Position numbers and translations under genes: made by a program | Shown here: in pieces, positions 1 to 12,767 of the stretch | Layout: each line of letters starts with the position of its first letter | Numbering within the stretch: position 1 is the stretch's first letter | Source of the DNA: Carcharhinus amblyrhynchos | Taxonomy: Eukaryota | Reading direction: 5' to 3' | NCBI GenBank assembly: GCA_965287045.1 | Contig: OZ336879.1 | Span: 64,232,001 to 64,296,000 of the forward strand | Length of the DNA: 64,000 nt | The notes under the pieces: model-generated | What the model was told of the DNA's origin: nothing | What the model saw: the letters and a program-made list of their open reading frames with translations, nothing else | The model's database searches: none

Positions 1-1504
1 GTATATTTAGCAATAATTATGAAACTTAAAACCATCAATTTAACAAGGGGTTTTTACCTGTAACAGGCCATTATGCTGAAGTATCGTAACTGTGATTATG
101 AGATCAATTCTGCCATCTTTATTCACAGGTTCATGCTGGTTGTTGAATGTTGAAGATAGCCGTTCATTAGGATTAAAGCTCAGGATATGGGGAAGCTGTT
201 TACCATTTTCTACAACATCACTGGATTTATAAATTATTCAATAATTGTGCCTGAAGCAACAGTGAGTGTATAGTGGAGGCCAGGTGATTCTGCTGGGGGA
301 TTAATGTTTACATAGACCTAGATTTATGTTGCTGGCTGGAATCTGGAGCACATTGCGACACTAGAAGAATTTTTAAAAACAGGTAATAACATAGTTTCAG
401 CACTTATACTGTCAATGATCAATTTCCAGCCAACGATTGTCATGTTAGTTAACAGTATCTACTTAAAATTCAACTATTGGTAAATGACCTCAGACTCCCA
501 CAGCATTGGGTACACTAATGTCCAAGTTGCCAATTTTTAAACCCATTTTAAATAATATGTACATGGATTCATTTTTAAATAAGTTTTAGTTTGATTAAAA
601 ACACAAACTTGAATAAAAATAATATTGTGGATACAGCAGAGCAGACAGTGTTTGATTTCAGTTCATCAGTGACTGAGCTGCCTCCCTTCAGGCTATTTGT
701 GCTGCTAATCAATAACGCCTTTCATTTGTTAATTGCTAAGCTTGTTTTCTATAAATTCTGTTCAGAAATAAGAAAACCCAGAACCAAAATCTTTTTCTAG
801 GTCCCTGTCCCCATTCTCTCTCTCCTTCCCCCCCCCCTCTGATATACTGAATGACTAGCCCCTGGGAATTAACAGGCATCCAACACCTAAGTGACCTTTG
901 TTCGCATGAACCCCATTAGCGAAGGGCAGATTTTCTGATCAAACAGAGATCGGACTGAAAGTGGGGCAATATAAGAGAGGAACTCACAAGAAGCATAATG
1001 CGCTAACCTGGAATTTCAGCTTGGAAATCAACTGAATATTTAGAGAACAGAATCCTTTCTGATTCATGTAAATATATTCTTATGCAGTGCAGTAATGCAA
1101 GGTGAGGTGTTGCAATCTTTAATCCCCATGACTTTTGAAGACATCTTCATTTGGCAAAACTGCATGTACATCTTGGATATTGCCAAGTGTCTGTGGGGAT
1201 GCCGAGAAGAATAATGATAAGTTAGTTATTCAAGGGAAAAAGACATGCTCCATTAACTTCTTACATTTACGTAGCACAGCTTAACAAATGTGGGTGATGT
1301 TTCTGATGACAGCTTTGATAAAAGGCATACCAATTTAGGATGCAATGTGACGTCTCCTACAAGTCACTTCGCAGGATGTGGCACAATCCTGTCTCCTTAT
1401 GAATCACGGTATGCTCAAACATTGATACACTAACTGTCCTAAGTAGATATAGTAAAAAGTCTGACAACACCAGGTTTTAGTCCAACCTATTTATTTGATA
1501 ATAT

Positions 1505-1546
1505 ACTCGCAAGCTTTCGAGGGGTTACCCTCTTCGTCAGGTGAAT
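1505..1546 (-). ncRNA. Minimal hammerhead motif, mirror copy in the left arm
   Basis: Exact reverse complement of 1642-1683. Confidence 0.72.
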
Positions 1547-1641
1547 GGAGAGTTCTGGCCTCAGACAGAGCATATAAAGCACAGACAGTTTAGAGATGCA
1601 TGTCTGTGCTTTATATGCTCTGTCTGAGGCCAGAACTCTCC

Positions 1642-1683
1642 ATTCACCTGACGAAGAGGGTAACCCCTCGAAAGCTTGCGAGT
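1642..1683 (+). ncRNA. Minimal type I hammerhead ribozyme motif
   Basis: ATTCAC-CTGACGA-A-GAGGG(TAAC)CCCTC-GAAA-GCTT-GCGAGT: CUGANGA and GAAA core, 5-bp helix II, palindromic AGCT in place of helix III, CUU triplet. Helix I has one A-C mismatch. Confidence 0.75.
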
Positions 1684-2840
1684 ATATTATCAAATAAATA
1701 GGTTGGACTAAAACCTGGTGTTGTCAGACTTTTTACTGTGTTTACGCCAGTCCAACGCCGGCATACCCACATCCTAAGTAGATATAACAGTGCCGATGGT
1801 TTAGTATAGAGCACCATAACTTGACTCCTTTATGACCCTCTATTGATCATCCTATTCTCCATCAATAACACGAGCACAGGAGAATTCACATGGGGAAACC
1901 ATTGTACAACCATTAATTCCACTGGGACAAAAATGGCATTGATCCAATGGTTGCTGCAAAGGTACCTGGACTGCTAACTGACGAGAACAAATATGAACAA
2001 TGATATATAATAAAATGTAACATGATGAGTAAAACCTCCTCAAAGTCTTCAGAAAAGTTACTTTATTATTCGACCAGCAACTGACGTTCTAACAAATCTG
2101 AATGCTTATTTTGTCATAGATAAGGAAACCGTTAAATTCTTGTGGAATCACTACCAAATTGTCTGAAGGTCAGTAATATGTTATTAGAATTTCCTTATTG
2201 AAAGAGTGGAACCCCATTAATACTGGAAGAAAGTATCTCCAGAAACATGAATGAATACCAAATGAATTGAGAACCGATGCAACAGTCTCCCAATCTAATT
2301 TCCAATGTACTAACTTTTTTTTTGAAGAATTTGGGAATGAGTATTAGCAGCTTTTTTGACCAATAGGCAACACTGCCAGGCCAATCCAGCCTTTACCTGA
2401 CATTTGCTCATACTTGCTTCCCAGCACTCAGCGTAGAGTAGGAACTGTGGCAATGGACAAGCCTATTCTTGGGTCACAAAGGGCAGTTGGAGCATTCCTG
2501 CCACCAGCTGTTCTTGTTTAAATTATTGTACTTATTTTGGCCAACATTGTGAATCTTACCATTTATTTGCATGCCTTGACAGTTGTCCCTTTATTACAGG
2601 AATCAAAACACGAAAGCCTGGGTCAGTCTTAACAGTCAATGCTGCCTCATAAAAGCTGTTACTCAGCTGTGTTTGAATTTCTCCTTCTTTAACTACCAAT
2701 TCAACATGTCAACAAAATAACCAAAGTCACAGCAAGACCCTTGTGGTTCTAATGAACATTCCTGCATGTCTTACTTGGAGAAGATTTGCTGAGTTCTTTC
2801 ATCTGCCAGGGATTCTGATTCCAATGTAACATATGCCATC

Positions 2841-2973
2841 AGCTGGACTGTCTGACCTCACCCCAGCTGGGATTCTCAGGTCCCACTGCTGTGAATCAAG
2901 ATTCGGCTAAGTGTTAAATTCTCCGTTCTCACTGGCAACAGTGGCAGGCATGAGCGGTGGAGAATTCTGGCCC
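2841..2973. mobile_element. Degenerate MITE (family of 31302 and 59527)
   Basis: Right end GGAGAATTCTGGCCC; internal AGATTCGGCTAAGTGTTAAATTCTC resembles AAATTTGGCTGAGCACCAAATTCTC at 59588. Confidence 0.55.
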
Positions 2974-3545
2974 ACATCTTTTTATTACAGCTGTCAATGC
3001 ATGGTTAGTTACAATAAATACTGAGTTGTAGCAGTAGTGATAGTTTTTGGAATGCAGTCTTTCACTTATGGAGATGTGAGTAATCTGCCTGCTAATATCT
3101 CCTAATTTATTCCAGATCACTAGTGATTGAGAATCTACTTCAGGTTTATGTTTAGAAACTGTTAAAAAATGTGACTTAAACAAGTTTATTTTCAAAGGCT
3201 GCACCATTTGACTGCAAAATAGCAATCGTCATATTTCAAAAGGTAACTAAATATGTAATTAGTCTGAACTGTTTTAATGTGCAAGGTGTTGTATGAAATG
3301 AAGATTGCCAGAAATCACTTCAGGTACTGTCCCATCCACAGAGCTGTCTACCTGCTGAATATTTCTAACACGCTCCTGAAATGCTGTAATGATTCATACA
3401 TTCTAAACCAGTACCTTGTCAATGGGAGATGCCTCAGATGTTGATTTTACAGTGGTGCAAATTAATACCCTAATTGGAATAAAACAGAACTGATTTGTTA
3501 AAATTTCTTGAGCCTACTGTTCATCACATTTAGTGATTTTTGAAT

Positions 3546-3722
3546 TCCAACAGCTTTATTTGGAATCATGAGCTTTTGGAATGCTGCTCCTTCATCAGGT
3601 GACTCATCTGATGTGCTCTGAAAGCTGGTGAATACAAATAAAACTGTTGGACTTTAACCTGGCATTGAGAGAATTGAATTCTTACTGTGCCCACCCCAGT
3701 CCAATGCCAGCATTTCCACATG
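3546..3722 (+). mobile_element. Older Penelope-like fold-back element with decayed hammerhead motifs
   Basis: TCCAACAG..TTTATTTG / CAAATAAA..CTGTTGGA inverted arms; the minus strand reads CTGATGAAGGAGCAGCATTCCAAAAGCT; ends CCCCAGTCCAATGCCAGCATTTCCACAT like copy 1. Confidence 0.7.
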
Positions 3723-3749
3723 ATTTTGAATTGGCTGTAGATTGCAATG

Positions 3750-3895
3750 CTGAAGACAGATCAGATTTTTATTAGGGAAAGATATGGAGGAACATGGATC
3801 AATACATTGGAATGAGGTACAGGTCTGGTATGCTCTAACTGAATTGTGGCAGAACAGGTTCAAGAGGTTGGATGCCTGCTCCTGTTCCTATAATT
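3750..3895 (+). mobile_element. Degenerate CR1 3' end
   Basis: GAATTGTGGCAGAACAGGTTCAAGAGG...GCCTGCTCCTGTTCCTAT resembles the CR1 3' UTR at 29064-29112. Confidence 0.6.
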
Positions 3896-5478
3896 TGTAT
3901 TTTGTAGCAAAACAAAATAACCCCCAATGACGATTATTGGGGCTTTGCATTCCTGGATCATTTAAAGTACAGGAAGGCAATTGTGGACATTATTGAAAGC
4001 ACCTTGGTAACACCTCTTACCATATTCTCTGGTGTTGGAATTGAGGATACTTAGAACATTTGTTTTCATAGAATATTATCCCCTTGTCTTAGCTTTGTGA
4101 ATTTCTTTTTGCTTTTCGGTATCTTGGCCAGTGATACAGGACTAGGCTGCAGACTCTGATTTAAGACAATATTCTGATAAACACATTTTTCTACTGACTG
4201 ACACCAAACCATTCTGTAATGAGCACCATGGAACCTATGCAGTAGACAAATAAAAAAGGATTTAGAAAGGCGCCAAAATGTATTAGGTTGCTTTGACATA
4301 AATTCCAGTTTAATGAAAATGTACAATGAATGCCATGGTGGTTCAGTGAACAAAGGATATTTGACTTAGTCTTTTTTAATGTAATGTTGAGCCTCTTTTA
4401 TTGCCTTAATAAATTCTGAAAAGTTATGAGTTTCTTCTTCCAGAGTAGATCTTATATTATTTTGTGAAAAATTCAAATTTATACAAATTTGTGAAAATTG
4501 TGATAATGTCTAGGACATTAGTTATGAATTTGGCCTTTGAAATTCTTTAAGAACTTGCGGAGCAATTGAATTTTTCTTAGGGGGTTGAGTTTTCAATTGA
4601 GGTTTTGTGCAATTGCATTAGGGTGGCTTATTCGTGAAAGGACTGTGTTGGCAGTAATTATGCAATTTTGGATTGAAATGATAAGATTTATATTTCTGTT
4701 GTTGACAGGAGTTCTGTATTTTTTGGTCTGAGTCTGTTTTATTTGGATCAAAAAGATTTGAAATGACAATTCAGTGGTGGAGATGATTGTCATGAAAAAT
4801 GACAAGGCTGATCGAGGGATAGAAAAACATCTCAAACTAGCCCACATTTGGGTCTCATTTAGAATTGTACAATGCATATGACACACATAATTTTAATTGA
4901 GCTTCTTTCTGCTCTAGCTCAATTCAGTGTCATGCTCTGTATCTTTAGCAGCCTTCAACAGCTACAACTGCACTTTGAATAATCCTTTCCCTGGTCAGAA
5001 GTGAAACTTGTAATGGTGTCATTTGTAATGTGTCAGTGTGCTGCAAGGATCAGTATCTTGATGAGGGAGAGGCTGTAGGCATCTTTCTGGTTTATACTCA
5101 TTGATATCCTGCTACCTGATTATTTATTTAAATGTTTTGCAGCCTTTCAGAGGCAAATGTCTTTTCAAGATCTCTCTTAATAACAAAGCCGGTTTCTGAC
5201 AATTAATATTGTGGAATAAAATGTATAGAATTATATTACTCACTGAGGGAGCAGCTGTTTTGTATTTTCTCTCCATATTTTCAGAAGAAAGAGTGAAGAA
5301 AAGCCTTTATCTCCTGACTTTCTTATTCGCAGAATCTTATCTTGTGGTTTCCAGAAATTTGAAATAATCTTACTGTTTCACACAATTCCAGGAGCTGATA
5401 TCAGATGTAATTCTCAGATCTCATCATGTGTTGTGGAATGCTACATTGTTGCTTTGTATTGAGTGATGTGGCATTCTG

Positions 5479-5622
5479 GTGTGGACGTGCTGGCATTGGA
5501 CTGGGGTGCGCTCAGTAAGAAGTCTCACACACCAGATTAAAGTCCTAATAAAGGAGCAGCGCTCCGAAAGCTTGAGCTACCAAATAAACCTGTTGCACTT
5601 TAACCCTGATATTGTGAGACTT
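5479..5622 (-). mobile_element. Older Penelope-like fold-back element with decayed hammerhead motif
   Basis: GCTGGCATTGGACTGGGGTG..AGTAAGAAGTCTCACA arm, then the inverted arm CTAATAA-AGGAGC(AGC)GCTCC-GAAAGCTT..CAAATAAACCTGTTG..TGTGAGACTT. Confidence 0.7.
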
Positions 5623-5888
5623 ATGATGTATACCAATACATATAGTTTCAGATAATATAGCAATATATCACAGAAATTATACATATGCCTTCTGACCTAC
5701 TGTTTAGTCATTGGCATATTATTTGAATAATAATTTGGTGATCTACAGATCTGTGGTTGCCATAATATGGCTATGGGATTGTCAGTTCCTTGAGATCTTA
5801 AAGATCTGTCACTTGAGTCTTAATCTACAATCTACTGACAGATGGAGCCTTATTCAGGCCTTATATCAAGGAACACCTACAAGCCTAG

Positions 5889-6165
5889 GGGTGGCACAAT
5901 AGCACAGTCATCAGCACTGCTGCCTCAGTGCCAGGGACCTGGGTTCAATTCCCGATTTGGTCACTGTCCGAATGGAATTTGCACGTTCGCTCCTTATCTG
6001 CATAGGTTTCCTCCAGATGCCCTGATTTCCTCCCACAATCTGAAAGGTGTGCTGGTTAGGTGCATTGACCTGAACAAGCGCCAGGCTGTGGTGATGAGGG
6101 GAATTTCACAGTAACTTCATTGCAGTGTTAATGAAAGCCTTACTTGTGATGAATAAACTTTTTTT
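5889..6165 (+). mobile_element. tRNA-derived SINE, V-SINE/HE1-type
   Basis: A-box-like GGTGGCACAATAGC, B-box GGTTCAATTCCC, central GGTTTCCTCCAGATGCCCTGATTTCCTCCCACA, tail ending AATAAACTT. Confidence 0.85.
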
Positions 6166-8004
6166 AAAAACTTAAGCAAAATCAGAAATTCACTCTATAT
6201 GTTAGAAGAGGCAATATGAAGAAACTTTATACCTTAATTATAAGCCAGAAAGGATTCTGGGGACTGTCTTTAGCCTAGCTTTCATAGTTCCTAACGTAAT
6301 AATCTCCAAATCTATATTGGTATTATGTAATTCTCTAAGAGATACCCATTATTGTTCAGAGTCATCATTTTTGACAGCTGTCACGGGTGATGCTATTTAT
6401 ATAAGAGCTTCAAATATACCTGCTGCAACTGAGATTGTGGATGGATGCTTGGAAGGTATTACAGATTTAATTTTATGATAGAAGTGACCTTCAAGGAGCT
6501 AATGATCAATTTAATCATCAAAGGTTGTGCTTTTTATTGTCCAACCTAAATTGTTAGAAAAACATGCAAAGAGAGGGATAACTAAAAAAAAATTAGAAGA
6601 CTTTGATCATGTAATCTGGAGGTGATATAATAATTGCAAAACATGCAATTTAACTAATGGCTCAGGCAGCAGGAATAAATTGATGATTATGTACAAGTAG
6701 GCTAGAGAAGGGACTCCCAAGGCAGCTAGCTCGAGTCAAGAAAGAGGTGTGGAATGGAGTCTGAGCCTGTTTTCTGCAGACAAATCAGAGGCAGTCATAA
6801 GTTGAGTGCCAAACATACGCCATTAACCCCCCCACCCCGCCAATGTCATCTCATGCTCCCGCCCACCATCCTTTGCCCTTCTATGGGAATACCTTAAAGT
6901 CATGTAGAGATTAAAATATAAATCTTAATATCCATTACAGCTTTCACTATAATAAACACACATTCAAAACTTTGAAAACCCTCAAGTACTTAATCCTTTA
7001 CCAAGTAAATAAACTTTTTTTCATAACCCCATATCAAAGACAGCTAAACCTTTATTAACTTCTTTGTGGTCAAACTATGAACTTAGAACTCCCTACCAAG
7101 ATAATTATATGTTGCTGACAGTCAACCATTAATAATAATATAGTGATGATTGTTACAGATGTTTCTGCTCTTATGGCCAGTGATCAGATGTTTTGTCTGG
7201 AAAGTAGTGTACTTTCTTACCCTTGGAGGATAGATCTCAATTAAATAATTCTGCAACAAGCTTGAGTTTAAAAATAAGAGGATATTTATTCTCTCTTATA
7301 AATTAAATAGAATGTCTCACATGTTCATTCTCATCAACCCGCTGACAGATTAATAAAAAGGTATTATCTTTACCTATAGATTAGTTAACTCGGTCTCTGG
7401 TTCATGATCTTGGGCCTTCCACGTGGCAGGCCTGTAGTATTTTGATTGGATTTAATGGTGGTGAGGGCCTTGTACAACAAATTGTTCACAGTAACTTGAG
7501 GTTTCTCAGTCAAATAGCCAGGAGATTGATTCTCAAGTGAACTCGAAAGTAGAACAGGTTCCATACTCTAGATGCCTAATGTCTCGCAGTTTGTTTGAAC
7601 TGATTGTTTGGTGACTGCAAATAGCTTGTTGCTGGTTTTTAAAAGCAAACAAAAGCATGGCTGCCACACCATATAACCTTCCACAAGTTCTCAAGTCCTT
7701 GGGTAGTGTTTTAATGTCCTGTCTCATGAGTTAACACAACTGCAGGCCACCAAGTCTAATTTGGAAGGTGGGGGGTGGGGTGCGAGGAGCTATCATGATA
7801 TGGTGGTCAGTCTTAGGGGCTCTCAACATCCAGCAAATTGAGTTTCAATCTGCCTGATCAGTTTGAAACATGGAGACCAGTCTGGAAAATTCTCATGTTG
7901 GCACATCCTTAAGCAAAGAGATGTGTCAAGTCTCTAAGAGGATTGAGAATGTCCATATTTAAATAGGTATTCGCTTGGGACTTGTACAATCTGTAGCTCA
8001 AAGG

Positions 8005-8580
8005 TCATTTGAGAGCTTCAAGTTTTTAGGTGTCCAGATTTGCATCCCCCCCCATGCTGATGCTATAGTTAAGAAAACCCACCAATGCCTCTCCTTTCTC
8101 AGAAGACTAAGGAAATTTGCATGTCTGCTACGACTCTCACCAATATTTACAGATGCACCATAGAAAGCATTCTTTCTGGTTGTATCACAGTTTGTTGTGG
8201 CTCCTGTTCTGTCCAAGACCGAAAGAAACTACAAAGGATCGTGAATGAAGCTCTGTCCATCACTCAAACCAGCCTCCTATCTGTCTACACTTCCTGCTGC
8301 CTTGGAAAAGCAGGCAACATAATCAAGGACCCCACGCATTCTGGACATACTATCTTCCACTTTCGTCTGTTGGGAAAAAGATACGAAAGCCTGAGATAAG
8401 ATACCAATTGACTCAAAACCAGCTTCTTCCCTGCTAGACAGGGATTTGAATGGCCCTACTTCATGTTAAGTTGATCTTTCTCTACATCCCAGCTATGACT
8501 AACATTCTGCACTCTCCTTCCTTCTATGTAGCGAATGCAAGAAACAATACTTTTCACTATATACGTAACAATAATAAATC
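8005..8580 (+). mobile_element. Rex1/Babar-clade LINE 3' fragment (RT C-terminus and UTR)
   Basis: Frameshifted peptides ESFKFLGV..KKTHQCLSFLRRLRKF and LTNIYRCTIESILSGCITV..DRKKLQRIVN are typical of this clade; tail ACAATAATAAATC. Confidence 0.8.
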
Positions 8581-10667
8581 ATATTTGCAGCAACTATTTG
8601 ACTGAAAATTCATATGATGTCTCTATACTGGGCATGACATGGCCATTTGAGATAATGTCAACAAACAGCTATTGTAACTGCTAGAACAGACATTTTGAAT
8701 TTAAACAACATAACAGCTTGAAAGTTCAATAGACCTTAGTCACCCTTTGTGAATATTTGCAGCTACCACACTGAACTGCTTCTTGCCTTTCATGTGAAAC
8801 ATTACAGGTTCCTGCAGAAGAATCATGTCTCTCCCAGTGAAAATGGGATCTGTCAGAAATGGAGTGAGGACCTCCGAATCTGGACTGCCAGTTTTAAAAG
8901 GTCTGAGAGTCTCCATGAAAATCTGGCCCAAAGAGATTCATTTGGAAAGTAAAGGATTTCATGTTGAAGAGCCAAAACACTAACAGCAATCTTCTGCACA
9001 ATCCACCCCCACCCCCCGCAATAACCCGAGGTGCTCAAAGCAAAAGTGACATATTTTAAAAGGAATGTCTTGAAGACCCAAGCAACCATTTGGTGCTTTG
9101 TGAATTGCTGTGGTGGTGATTTTGACATCAGTATAGTTTGATTTTGTAACAATTGTTTTTTAGGAAAAAAAATCATCCTGACATGGGACTGCCATGTTCC
9201 AATGTTAATAAGCTGTCTGTGTGACACTGAGGAATTGAGACTGAACTTAAATATCCATCCCCAGGAAGGTTAGGGCCACCTGTTCTGAAAGTGAATGATT
9301 TTGCCAAGGGAGCTCAATGTGTTTTGAAAAGCTTCTTCTGCAGAACATGGTTTGGGGGAAAACACTTTGCAGCCTCTCAGTTGGCCCACCACAGCTCGGA
9401 GAACGATTAATCAGAAACCTCTTCATTTTATTTGACAGTCACGAGTGCAAATTCTCCGAGGCACCTCAATCATGAGAATGTGGTTTGAAGATTTGAGAAT
9501 TGAAGCTGCCACTTAACTGCAACATTAGAAGGTTCAGTTGCAAGTCTAGCTGTCAAATATATAAACATAGAACGGTCAACTACATATATTGGACTCTCAA
9601 TTTTTGAGCTGAACAATTGATTTTGTACCTCGTTTAGAAATAGGAATGAATTTAAGACAAATTAACCTGATTTCTGAACTGACGGAAAACTGTTTACAGG
9701 ACTGAAGTATGTGCTTGGGCTTTAATCAACTTTTGTTCTATTGACAAAAATGTAGTGTTCCTACCAGTAATAAACTAGTTTCTGCTACAAAGAAAGGAGC
9801 CCTACATACATTTATGCAGTAAGCCGCTGTGGCATCAGAATATACTCTGGGCAGGATTTTCTGTGGGCTTTAGAATCCTGCTGTGAGGTTCAAATGGCAG
9901 TTAGAAGGCAGCACCATGTGGGGAACAGTCACGCAATGATTTTCCCTGAATTTCCCAATTAATGATTTGAGGATGAGCTTGACACCCCATTAAGGGTCAG
10001 ATCTCAAAGCTGTAGAGCCATTAGTTGGCCCTTTGCCACTAAAGAAGCAGCAGGCTGTCTTTCAAACCAAATGAAAGGGAGGTTTTTGCCCCAAGATGGA
10101 GGTGATTTTTTTTTGAAACCTTTAATGGCTTCTACATCCCCTGGTTTAATAAATACACACAGATTTCAAGATTAACATGGATTACAAAGTAAATGTTAAA
10201 ATCAAATAGTCTCAGCAGCTCAAAGTCCCTTTAAGCACACAGATTGGCTGTAGTCTATACGCGCACTCTGCTCTGAACCCAAGTTAATCTATGGGTTTCT
10301 CTTCAGAGATGGCACATGAAAGTTTCCAAACTCCACTCCCAAAAACGTGCTTCAAAATCTTCTTTCACAATTGAGTTAGTTAATAAATCGTTGTTGCTGA
10401 CCTGATTACTACAATAGGCATTTATATTCTGCCTACAGAACCACAGGATATTAAAGTATTTTAGAAGTATAGTCACCTAATGATTGACATAATGCAATAA
10501 TTTGAATTTCTATAACAATTTACATTTCTTCCCTCAAAAATTATGCAACCTTCTGGAAGTTAAATATTTAAAACAGGGTCTGCCCAAGCTCTGACAAAAT
10601 GAAGCATCATTTCCTCACATTTCTGCACTTGAACAGATATTAGACAATTAACATAATTAGACAATTG

Positions 10668-10972
10668 TTCATGGGCTGTAGGCATTGCTGGCTGGGCCAG
10701 CATTTATTGCCCATCCTTGAGGGCAAGTAGAATCAACCACATTGCTGTAGGTCGAGGGTCACATTAGGTCAGACCAGGTAAGGGCAGCAGATTTCCTTCT
10801 GTAGAGGACATTGCTGAACCTGATGAATTTATGACAATTGGTGAGTCCAGATGTTTTATTGAACCCAAATTTCACCCATCTGCCATGGTGAGATTTGAGC
10901 CCAGGTCCCCACAGCATTACCGTGGGTCTCTGGATTACTAGTCCAGTGGCGATACCACTAAGCCACCATGTC
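10668..10972 (-). mobile_element. tRNA-headed SINE with LINE-derived tail
   Basis: The minus strand begins GGTGGCTTAGTGGTATCGCCACTGGACTAGTAATCCAGAG..GGCTCAAATCTCACC and ends GGATGGGCAATAAATGCTGGCCCAGCCAGC. Confidence 0.75.
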
Positions 10973-10982
10973 CTCTTAATTA

Positions 10983-11075
10983 TCCTGACGAGAGATTATG
11001 CAACTGAAATGTTAACACTTTCTCTCCGGAGGTGCTGTTCAATCTGCTGAGGGTTTCCAACATTTTGTTTTTATG
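10983..11075 (+). mobile_element. Second-lineage hammerhead-type repeat end, degenerate
   Basis: CTGACGA..GAAATGTTAAC followed by TTTCTCTCC..GTGCTG..CTGCTGAG..TTTCCAACATTTTGTTTTTAT; relatives at 21040-21154 and 48736-48850. Confidence 0.5.
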
Positions 11076-11525
11076 TCTGTTCTTGCCTTTTACTGATGGC
11101 CACTCACTCTTCCTTGCCCCAGGCAGTGGCTAAAATCCCTGTTGAAATAGTTGCCAAGAAAGAATCATATGACAGAACAGCAGTGGTGAGGCAAAGTGCT
11201 ACCCATTAACAGTGGTTTAAAATTCTTCTTATGGATATATAGTGATATTGAAATGTGCCAACACTTTGGGTGTTTTGAATCAAAATGTGAATGAGAATAT
11301 ATGTACTTACTGCCCTATCATTTGTTGGTAGCTGGCTTTAGGTGCAAAAAAAATGGTCATAGCATTTGCCCAAACTGGGAGGCCTGGAATGTGACCCTAG
11401 ATTCAGCTGAAGAATCTGGCTGAGATGCTGGTGCCTGTTGTACTCACCCACTTTAACTAGCTTAGTTTTGAGCTGCTTTGTTGGAGGTCAGCAGTGTTTA
11501 AGTGCCCATGGTAGATTGGAGTTCA

Positions 11526-11636
11526 TGATGCAGAGATGCCGATGTTAGACTGGGGTAAACACAATAAGAAGTCTCACAGCATCAGGTTATAGTCCAACAG
11601 GTTTATTTGGTAGCAAACACCACTAGCTTTTGGAGT
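11526..11636 (-). mobile_element. Older Penelope-like terminal fragment
   Basis: GAGATGCCGATGTTAGACTGGGGTAAACAC..AAGAAGTCTCACAGCATCAGGTTATAGTCCAACAGGTTTATTTGG..CTAGCTTTTGGAG is homologous to the 14906 element. Confidence 0.75.
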
Positions 11637-12767
11637 TGGAGTTTGAGCAGCAATGCAGGTGGTCACATCAGCAATGGGGATGGTGATTTGGGAGAGGGGG
11701 CAGGTGAGGTAGGGAGAGATAATGCCTGCTCCAAAGGTACTATTTAAAGGAAGGAGAAACACACACCTTTTTGGCGGTGGTTGCTGCAGCTGAAGAATCC
11801 AGAGCAAATCCTGAACCCATCCACTTTCACAGAAGGGCTAACACAGACATCAGCTATGCAAGGAGCCTAGCATCCATTTTAGAAATCTGTCTGAAAAATA
11901 ACCAAACACATTGAGTTGGGCACACTGGGATGTAGAACAATGGTCCCTTAAGCTGAAACTTGTTGCCCCCATTTTATGCACATAAAATGAGCATAACAAG
12001 GTCCAATTTCTATCTTCCTGTGAGAGCAGCAATGATCATTCCTGACCTTTAGCCTTCTTTAAATGAATTGGCTCCAGAGTTGTACTTGATGAAGCTTTTG
12101 GTAACCCTGGCAACCTGCTCAGGGTACAACATGTGCATTGAGAACTGAAGTCTGCAAAAAACAGGGTTAGCATTGATCATAATGAAAGCTTGAAAGATCT
12201 TCGGTAGCATTTTCACTCGAGCCCATCCATTATATAAATATTCTTCTGTTGCCACTTTCAACCCAAACTCATTCAGGAAACGGAGGTTAAGAGGGAATAT
12301 AGTAGTGCATAAAACAAGTTAAGCTATTGTTAAAAAAAGGGTTGTGAGAAACACGTGTAGCATTCTACCCTCCAGAGAGCTTAACCAGGAAGGCTGCTTA
12401 ATTCATTAGGTGTTCACAGGTACAGCCTGTAATAAAAATTATTTTCAAACTCTCTATGTGCAATATTGTTGACATGATGAGGAGGTACATTTAAGTTTTT
12501 CTTGCCTGCTGATATTTCTGAAAAGTCTGGAAAGACTATACTGGGGATAAATTAAGCCTGAATTGGTCAGAATTTTAATCAAATCCATTTACTTCATTAT
12601 ATTGTTTCTATTAAAACCCCCCAAGGTTTAACAATCCTGATCCCTTGGGTTCAGTTCTACATCACACTTGTGTTTGACAAAATTACTTTAGTTCAAATGT
12701 TCACAATGTATCCTCTGACTTGAAAGGTGATATCAAGGCAAGAAAAAGCAAACATTTTTCTCATTAC

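Larger units (their letters stand above)
1452..1771 (+). mobile_element. Young non-autonomous Penelope-like (pLTR-derived) fold-back insertion with hammerhead motifs, copy 1
   Basis: Perfect 137-bp inverted repeat (1451-1587 / 1601-1737, 13-nt spacer) plus a terminal extension ending CGCCGGCATACCCACATC. Flanked by the direct repeat TCCTAAGTAGATATA (1437-1451 and 1772-1786). Near-identical sequence at 14906 and 41162. Confidence 0.85.

Noticed and set aside
1451-1737. miRNA precursor or classical MITE
   Set aside because: The arms are perfect and long, the element extends beyond the inverted repeat, and TSD length and arm geometry vary among copies.
5889-5960. tRNA genes at SINE heads
   Set aside because: A and B boxes are present, but there is no cloverleaf and each head runs into a SINE body.
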